Part shown: positions 25,763 to 31,188 of the stretch, one piece after another
Numbering within the stretch: position 1 is the first letter of the stretch
Layout of the letters: the number at the start of each line of letters is the position of its first letter
Assembly (NCBI GenBank): GCA_963976765.1
Contig: CAXBME010000012.1
Span: forward strand, 186,001-217,188
Reading direction: 5' to 3'
DNA length: 31,188 bases
Origin: an uncultured Planctomycetaceae bacterium
GTDB taxonomy: Bacteria; Planctomycetota; Planctomycetia; Planctomycetales; Planctomycetaceae
The notes under the pieces: generated by a model
Database searches by the model: none
What the model was told of the DNA's origin: nothing
Seen by the model: only the letters and a program-made list of their open reading frames with translations
Position numbers and translations under genes: made by a program

Positions 25763-27148
25763 ATGAGCAAACAGCAACCAGTGTCCCAGCAATCAGCAGC
25801 CTGGCACGGTAAATCCTGGAGTATTGACCGCCGCAGTCTGCTTCGCGGTGCCGGTGTCGCTCTGGCGCTTCCCTGGCTGGAAGCGATGAGTCCTCAAGCC
25901 GTCCGGGCAGCGACCGCTGGTGACCTGGATCCCGGGGAGATTCCGCGTCGATCCGTGTTCTGCATGTGGGGACTGGGACTCAACGGGCGCGAGTTCACTC
26001 CAGCCACCACTGGTCCCGATTACCAGATCACGCCGATCCTGAAGCCACTGGAGAAGCATCGCAAAGACTTCACCGTGATCAGCGGCCTGAAGCTGACTCA
26101 CTCCGGCGGGCATGGAGGCGACCGCACCTTCCTGACAGGAACCAACACACATGAAAGCGGTGTAAAACTGAGAGTCTCCTGCGACCAGGAACTCGCCGCA
26201 GCGATTGGGCATCAGACACGTTATCCGTCGCTGACTCTTGGTATTCGCCGGGGCACGGGGTTTGGCAACGCCCAGGACAACACACTCTCGTGGAGCCGAA
26301 GCGGCACGCCGATTCCTGCCGAGAACCGACCTCACGTTCTCTTTGATCAGCTCTTCCGTCCCGAAACGGCAGACACACTGGCCGAACGCGAAACAGAGTT
26401 CGCCAGGCGGGCCAGCGTGCTTGATTCCGTCCGGAGCGAAGCCAAAGCGCTTTCAACTCGACTGGGTAGAGTCGATCGCGAAAAACTCGATGAGTACTTC
26501 ACCGGGATTCGCGACCTGGAAAGTAAAATGCAGGCCGAAGAAAGCTGGCTCCATCGCCCCAAACCGAGCGTGGACGCGCTGGAATTTGGCAGCGAACAGG
26601 GGCTTGATCCCAACAAGGGCGGACTCGATTACCGACGCTATCAACGCCTGATGTATGACGTGATCACGCTCGCTCTGCAGACCGACAGCACACGCATCAT
26701 TTCCTACATGCCCCGGATGGATAACTCAGACGGCACCGGTGCCTTCAAGGGCGAAGGCAACCCGTACGGTTACCACGAGATGACCCACCACGGAGAGGAC
26801 GCTGACAAGCTGAAGTGGTGGACGATCGCTGACACGTGGTACATGGAAGAGTGGGCGTACTTCCTCGATCGGCTCAAGTCGGTCAGAGAAGGCAACGGCA
26901 GCCTGCTTGATCACACCATGGTGGCCTGGGGTTCTACCGGCGGCACGATCAACGCCCATAATAATCACCATTTGCCAGCGGTGCTGTGTGGCGGTGGTGG
27001 AATCGGTGTTCGGCACCAGGGCCACGTGCTCAAAGACGACAACTACCTCGGCAACCTCTGGCAGACAATGTTCAGCTTTATGGGCGTGCCGGTGCCGGAG
27101 AACTTCCAGGGCGGGGAAGCTGACGGTGCGATCAACGAACTTGCGTAA
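25763..27148 (+). CDS. DUF1552 (HXXSHH) family protein with Tat-like signal
   Basis: DRRSLLRGAGVALALPWLEAM, SCDQ, KLDEYFTGIRDLE, LALQTDSTR, YHEMTHH and EGNGSLLDHT. Lies 9 bp after the DUF1592 gene with an AAGGA RBS. Confidence 0.92.
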   Translation: MSKQQPVSQQSAAWHGKSWSIDRRSLLRGAGVALALPWLEAMSPQAVRAATAGDLDPGEIPRRSVFCMWGLGLNGREFTPATTGPDYQITPILKPLEKHRKDFTVISGLKLTHSGGHGGDRTFLTGTNTHESGVKLRVSCDQELAAAIGHQTRYPSLTLGIRRGTGFGNAQDNTLSWSRSGTPIPAENRPHVLFDQLFRPETADTLAERETEFARRASVLDSVRSEAKALSTRLGRVDREKLDEYFTGIRDLESKMQAEESWLHRPKPSVDALEFGSEQGLDPNKGGLDYRRYQRLMYDVITLALQTDSTRIISYMPRMDNSDGTGAFKGEGNPYGYHEMTHHGEDADKLKWWTIADTWYMEEWAYFLDRLKSVREGNGSLLDHTMVAWGSTGGTINAHNNHHLPAVLCGGGGIGVRHQGHVLKDDNYLGNLWQTMFSFMGVPVPENFQGGEADGAINELA

Positions 27149-27297
27149 GCCATCGCTGGTTCACGAGACACCAGTCGCGCAAAGCAGAGGAGTTGTGGTT
27201 CCTGTGAGTTGTGTCACGCCACGGCACATGCAAAGTTACTACGCTCCGCGATCCAACTTCTCAAACCGGAACCTGCCTTCAACGAGGTCGAGGACTT

Positions 27298-28410
27298 ATG
27301 ACTCTGGCAATAATACTCGCTGCGGTTTTGTGCCTGGCGTATGCCAACGGGGCGAACGACAACTTCAAGGGAGTCGCAACGCTCTTTGGCAGTGGCACCA
27401 CAGACTATCGACGTGCTTTGCAATGGGCGACGGTCACGACGCTGCTGGGTTCGCTCACCGCCGTTTTTCTGGCGGGTACTTTACTGAAAAGTTTCACCGG
27501 CAAAGGGATTGTCGACGCAGAACTTGCCGCCACCACCGAATACGGGGCCGCTGTTGCGCTCGGCGCCGGGCTGACCGTCCTGCTGGCAACTCGCTTTGGA
27601 ATGCCGATTTCAACGACGCACAGTCTGGTTGGAGCGTTAATTGGTTCCGGATGGGCAGCCGGAGCCGTGATCAACTTCGCAAAGCTTGGCAGTGGATTCT
27701 TTGCACCGCTTGTAATCAGTCCCGTACTGGCTGTCGCTTCGACATTGCTGCTTTATCCGATCCTGACACATACTCGCCAACGCTGGGGGATTACTTCCGA
27801 AACCTGTCTGTGCGTCGGCAAGGAACTGGTCGAAGTGCTTCCCGTCTCGTGTCACACGGCTGCCGTTACGCGAGCCGAGCAATTGTCCGTTCAAACTGGT
27901 GACGTCGTGACCTGCCGGAATCGTTACCAGGGTGAGATGCTGGGGATTGATGCGGCAACGATTCTGGATCGGCTCCACTTCCTCTCTGCAGGGATGGTCA
28001 GCTTCGCGCGAGGACTGAACGACACCCCAAAGATTGCCGCGATGTTACTGCTGATTCCGACGTTGACTGGCTTCGGCTGCACGGCGCTTGTCGGAGTTGT
28101 CATTGCGGTCGGAGGAATCGTCAGTGCCCGTCGAGTCGCCGAGACCATGAGCCAGAAGATTACCACCATGAATCATGGCCAGGGATTTTCGGCAAATCTC
28201 ATCACCAGTCTGATCGTGATCGGGGCCAGTCGACTTGGCTTGCCGGTTTCGACAACGCACGTCAGTTGCGGATCGCTTTTCGGAATTGGCACCGTCACTC
28301 GACAGGCCCACTGGGGCATGATCGTCAGGATTCTCGGAGCGTGGCTGATCACTCTGCCAATGGGTGCCGCCCTGGGTGCTGCCTGCTACTGGACCATCCG
28401 ATCGTTGTGA
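27298..28410 (+). CDS. PiT-family inorganic phosphate/anion transporter
   Basis: Duplicated PHO4 signatures ANGANDNFKG...GMPISTTHSLVG and ARGLNDTPK...GLPVSTTH. ATG 27298 has a GAGGA RBS. Confidence 0.9.
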   Translation: MTLAIILAAVLCLAYANGANDNFKGVATLFGSGTTDYRRALQWATVTTLLGSLTAVFLAGTLLKSFTGKGIVDAELAATTEYGAAVALGAGLTVLLATRFGMPISTTHSLVGALIGSGWAAGAVINFAKLGSGFFAPLVISPVLAVASTLLLYPILTHTRQRWGITSETCLCVGKELVEVLPVSCHTAAVTRAEQLSVQTGDVVTCRNRYQGEMLGIDAATILDRLHFLSAGMVSFARGLNDTPKIAAMLLLIPTLTGFGCTALVGVVIAVGGIVSARRVAETMSQKITTMNHGQGFSANLITSLIVIGASRLGLPVSTTHVSCGSLFGIGTVTRQAHWGMIVRILGAWLITLPMGAALGAACYWTIRSL

Positions 28411-28412
28411 CA

Positions 28413-29720
28413 TCACTCAGTCGGCAGCGCGTCGAGATCGATTTCCGGCTCGCTGACGCCAGTGCTTTCGCGGCTGAAAATCTCTCCCGGGCGACCTGTC
28501 TCGTTGAAGAAGCCGCAGTTTCTCAGAAAGAAATACTGCCCATCAGAACCGCCGGTGAAGTCGAGACGATGTCGACCGCCGCCGGTCCCATCTACGGTGA
28601 AACGTGCTTTCGTACATTCATGCCACCTGCCATCGACGTCGCAAACCCAGGCGTTTCCGTACAGGGCTTTGCGACCGAGGAAGCCGTGTGTCGGTGAGAA
28701 ACTCTCCAGAAATGAATGAAAGCCGCTCAGGTGTGTGTCGGTCATGGGGCGTCGGAAACTGGCAATCAGTCGCCACTCGTTAGTTGATTTGTCGCCGAAC
28801 CATGAGGTGTAGACAGTGCTGCCGTTGCCGTCAGGTTCGACTTTGATGAGGAATCGGTAAGTGGTGCCTGCCTTCCACGGATAAACGAGAAAGCTCTGCC
28901 CACCCGACCCCTCGTTCCCAAACTCGCCGACGTGGACTTCAGAACCGCGAGCAAGGGCGACGATTCGCTGCTCCTGCGGGATGTCTCGAGGATTGTCAGT
29001 TTTGAAGGGACTCCAAACGGAGAACAGCACGCGGCGCTCTTTCTCGCTGTTGACCTGAAAGCCGAAGTAGCCCTGCCCGAAACCGTTCGCCATATAAAAG
29101 GTACCGATTGGATCCTGCCCTTTCGGAACGGTGACTTCCGAGTAGGCATATCGCAGATTGACGCCCCGAGGCACCTGATAACTCAGATGCACAGACGGCC
29201 CTCGGCGTCCCCAGTAGAACATCCCACCTTTGTTGTTCTGGACGAAGTCGATCTTCAGGGAGTCCGTCTCCGACGAAATCAGCAGCTTTTCGATTTCGGC
29301 AAACACGTCGCCGGTCCGCTCAATACCTCGGAAATCGACTCGCACGTATCCAGCGTCGGTAACTTTCACGTTCCCGATTTCATGAGCCGCAGAATCAGCT
29401 CCTTCGACAACCGTATTGAATTCGTCCTGTCCGACGCGCGTTGCGATCGTCGAACGTCCGGCGCGGACCGCCGCCTTTATCTGAAGACGCAGATCGGCGG
29501 CTCGGTCCACATGAAAATAGACGGAGAACACTTCGTCCGATCTACTCCACGCGACGGTACCATTGCGCTGGACACCGTTTCCGCCAGGCTCGGGTGCCGT
29601 GCGGAAGGTGTTACCCGCCAGCGGCACCACCCATTCGGTCGCTGGTAGAGAACTTCCCGCAAGCATGACCGCTGCCACACAGGCAAGTCGCATCGCTTCA
29701 GATCGGATGGATATTTTCAT
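28413..29720 (-). CDS. Secreted DUF5077/DUF3472 domain protein
   Basis: Signal peptide, VPLAGN, YWGRRGPSVHL, YMANGFGQGYFGFQVNSEKERRVLFSVWSP, FGNEGSGGQS and HSFLE. Confidence 0.85.
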   Translation of the reverse strand: MKISIRSEAMRLACVAAVMLAGSSLPATEWVVPLAGNTFRTAPEPGGNGVQRNGTVAWSRSDEVFSVYFHVDRAADLRLQIKAAVRAGRSTIATRVGQDEFNTVVEGADSAAHEIGNVKVTDAGYVRVDFRGIERTGDVFAEIEKLLISSETDSLKIDFVQNNKGGMFYWGRRGPSVHLSYQVPRGVNLRYAYSEVTVPKGQDPIGTFYMANGFGQGYFGFQVNSEKERRVLFSVWSPFKTDNPRDIPQEQRIVALARGSEVHVGEFGNEGSGGQSFLVYPWKAGTTYRFLIKVEPDGNGSTVYTSWFGDKSTNEWRLIASFRRPMTDTHLSGFHSFLESFSPTHGFLGRKALYGNAWVCDVDGRWHECTKARFTVDGTGGGRHRLDFTGGSDGQYFFLRNCGFFNETGRPGEIFSRESTGVSEPEIDLDALPTE

Positions 29721-29922
29721 GTTCCTGGCTCGTGGGAGAAGTGTTTGACGGATTCGGCAACTCGGAGAGTGTAGCGGACGTCACGTAACGTCAATGACAC
29801 TCCGCACAGAATCCTGCCGACAGTGAGCAGCGGTGACTTGCCGAGTCGACTATTCTGAACGGTGTCGTTACTTCTTCCGCCCTGCCCTTTCCTCCAGATC
29901 ACGAATAAGAAGCGAGTCACTC

Positions 29923-31128
29923 ATGAAATTCCGATTCATGGCCATCGTTGCAGTCAGCCTGCTTTGCGTGTCGCACGTCTCAGCGAAAACGCCGCTGAAA
30001 GTTTTCGTCCTGGTTGGGCAGTCCAACATGCAGGGGCATGCCGAGATTTCAACGTTCGACCACGTTGGAATGGACTCGGCAACGGCGCCGCTTCTGAAAG
30101 AAATGCGGAACGCGGATGGGACTCCGCGAGTCTGTGACAACGTGTGGATCTCGTCGATCGGCAACGACGGCACCGAGGAAGAATACAACGGTCAGCTGAC
30201 CGCCGGTTACGGAGCGAAAGGTCGCGGAACAAAGATCGGTCCCGAATTCACTTTCGGTATCTACATGCAGAAACATCTTGATGAGCCCATCCTCATCATC
30301 AAGACCGCTTGGGGCGGCAAGTCACTGCACACCGACTTCCGCTCGCCAGGCTCCGGCCCCTACGAGTTCAATGAAGGGCAACTGGAATCGCTCAAAAAAC
30401 AGGGCAAAGACATCGCTCAGGCCAGAGCCGATCGCGCCGCCGCAAGCGGCCACTACTACCGCCTGATGCTGAATCAAGTGAACAAGGTTCTGAAGGATAT
30501 CAAACGGGTTTGCCCGGCGTATGATAAAGAAGCGGGCCACGAGCTGGCTGGTTTCGTCTGGTTTCAGGGCTGGAACGACATGGTTGGCCGAGACGTCTAT
30601 CCTGATCGGGACAACGTCGGCGGCTATGATCTTTACAGCAAACTCATGACTCAATTTATTCGTGACGTCCGCAAGGACCTCGCCGCACCAGAGCTGCCCT
30701 TCGTGATCGGTGTCATGGGGGCCGGTGGGCCGGTCAGTAAATACGCCCCTGACAAGCAACGCTACAGTGCCGTGCATCAGAATTTCCGAGACGCGATGGC
30801 AGCTCCCGCATTGTTGCCCGAGTTCAAAGGGAACGTGACGGCTGTTCTGACCGAAAACTACTGGGACGCCGAACTGGACGAGCTGAAGTCCCGAGGCGGG
30901 CAGATCAAAGCCAAATCTCAGGAATTGAACAAGGACAACAGCCTCACGCGAGCACAACGGGACGAGGCTCTCGCAAAATTCAAGGCAGAGCTCTACTCGC
31001 CGCGAGAGCTTGAAATCCTCAAAGGCAGCTCCAACGCCGAGTACCACTACAACGGCTCTGCAAAGATCATGGCGCAGATCGGCAGAGGCTTTGCAGACGC
31101 CATCGCGGCAATGAATTCTTCGCGCTGA
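29923..31128 (+). CDS. Secreted SGNH esterase, sialate O-acetylesterase (SASA)/CE6-like
   Basis: Signal peptide from ATG 29923, KVFVLVGQSNMQG, IGPEFTFG, IKTAWGGKSL, WFQGWND, PFVIG and YHYNG. Confidence 0.87.
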   Translation: MKFRFMAIVAVSLLCVSHVSAKTPLKVFVLVGQSNMQGHAEISTFDHVGMDSATAPLLKEMRNADGTPRVCDNVWISSIGNDGTEEEYNGQLTAGYGAKGRGTKIGPEFTFGIYMQKHLDEPILIIKTAWGGKSLHTDFRSPGSGPYEFNEGQLESLKKQGKDIAQARADRAAASGHYYRLMLNQVNKVLKDIKRVCPAYDKEAGHELAGFVWFQGWNDMVGRDVYPDRDNVGGYDLYSKLMTQFIRDVRKDLAAPELPFVIGVMGAGGPVSKYAPDKQRYSAVHQNFRDAMAAPALLPEFKGNVTAVLTENYWDAELDELKSRGGQIKAKSQELNKDNSLTRAQRDEALAKFKAELYSPRELEILKGSSNAEYHYNGSAKIMAQIGRGFADAIAAMNSSR

Positions 31129-31188
31129 AGCACTCTTCGCGCTGAAGCACTCTTCGCGCTGAAGCACTCTTCGCGCTGAAGCACTCTT
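31117..31188. repeat. 17-bp perfect tandem repeat (at least 4.2 copies, runs off the window end)
   Basis: TCTTCGCGCTGAAGCAC at 31117, 31134, 31151 and 31168, plus a final TCTT. The first copy contains the SASA TGA stop (31126-31128). Confidence 0.95.

Noticed and set aside
26907..27902. 331-aa alternative-frame ORF spanning DUF1552 and PiT
   Set aside because: Arg/Cys/Ser-rich off-frame composition overlapping two confident genes.
30322..31167. 281-aa antisense ORF beginning in the tandem repeat
   Set aside because: Shadow of the SASA gene with no independent support.
31117..31188. 17-bp repeat as a CRISPR array or iterons
   Set aside because: No spacers, too short for CRISPR, and no rep gene or AT-rich origin visible.

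Overview
A 31-kb bacterial window that is almost certainly from a planctomycete (Planctomycetaceae-like). The basis is the DUF1592/DUF1552 pair with planctomycete cytochrome c motifs, twin membrane-anchored VWA proteins and a DUF4175-like coiled-coil protein. It holds about 20 CDSs: a 5'-truncated membrane protein, a CpaB/SAF-like protein, metX-metW, a priming sugar-phosphate transferase, a STAS protein, a GT39/ArnT-like membrane glycosyltransferase, an MMPL/RND permease, a Mg-chelatase-type AAA+ ATPase, two VWA paralogs, pyrK, an RluB-like pseudouridine synthase, a DUF4175-like giant with a small partner, DUF1592, DUF1552, a PiT transporter, DUF5077/DUF3472 and a SASA esterase. I found no rRNA, tRNA, CRISPR array, integrase or transposase. 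There are two short tandem repeats: 30 bp at about 11.4 kb and 17 bp at the window end. The best leads are a triple-DRR insertion in the priming glycosyltransferase, the uncharacterised VWA/VWA/AAA+/DUF4175 envelope module, the DUF1592/DUF1552 pair followed by a Cys-loop PiT transporter, and a multi-hairpin leader upstream of metX. All family calls come from motif recognition, not from database searches.
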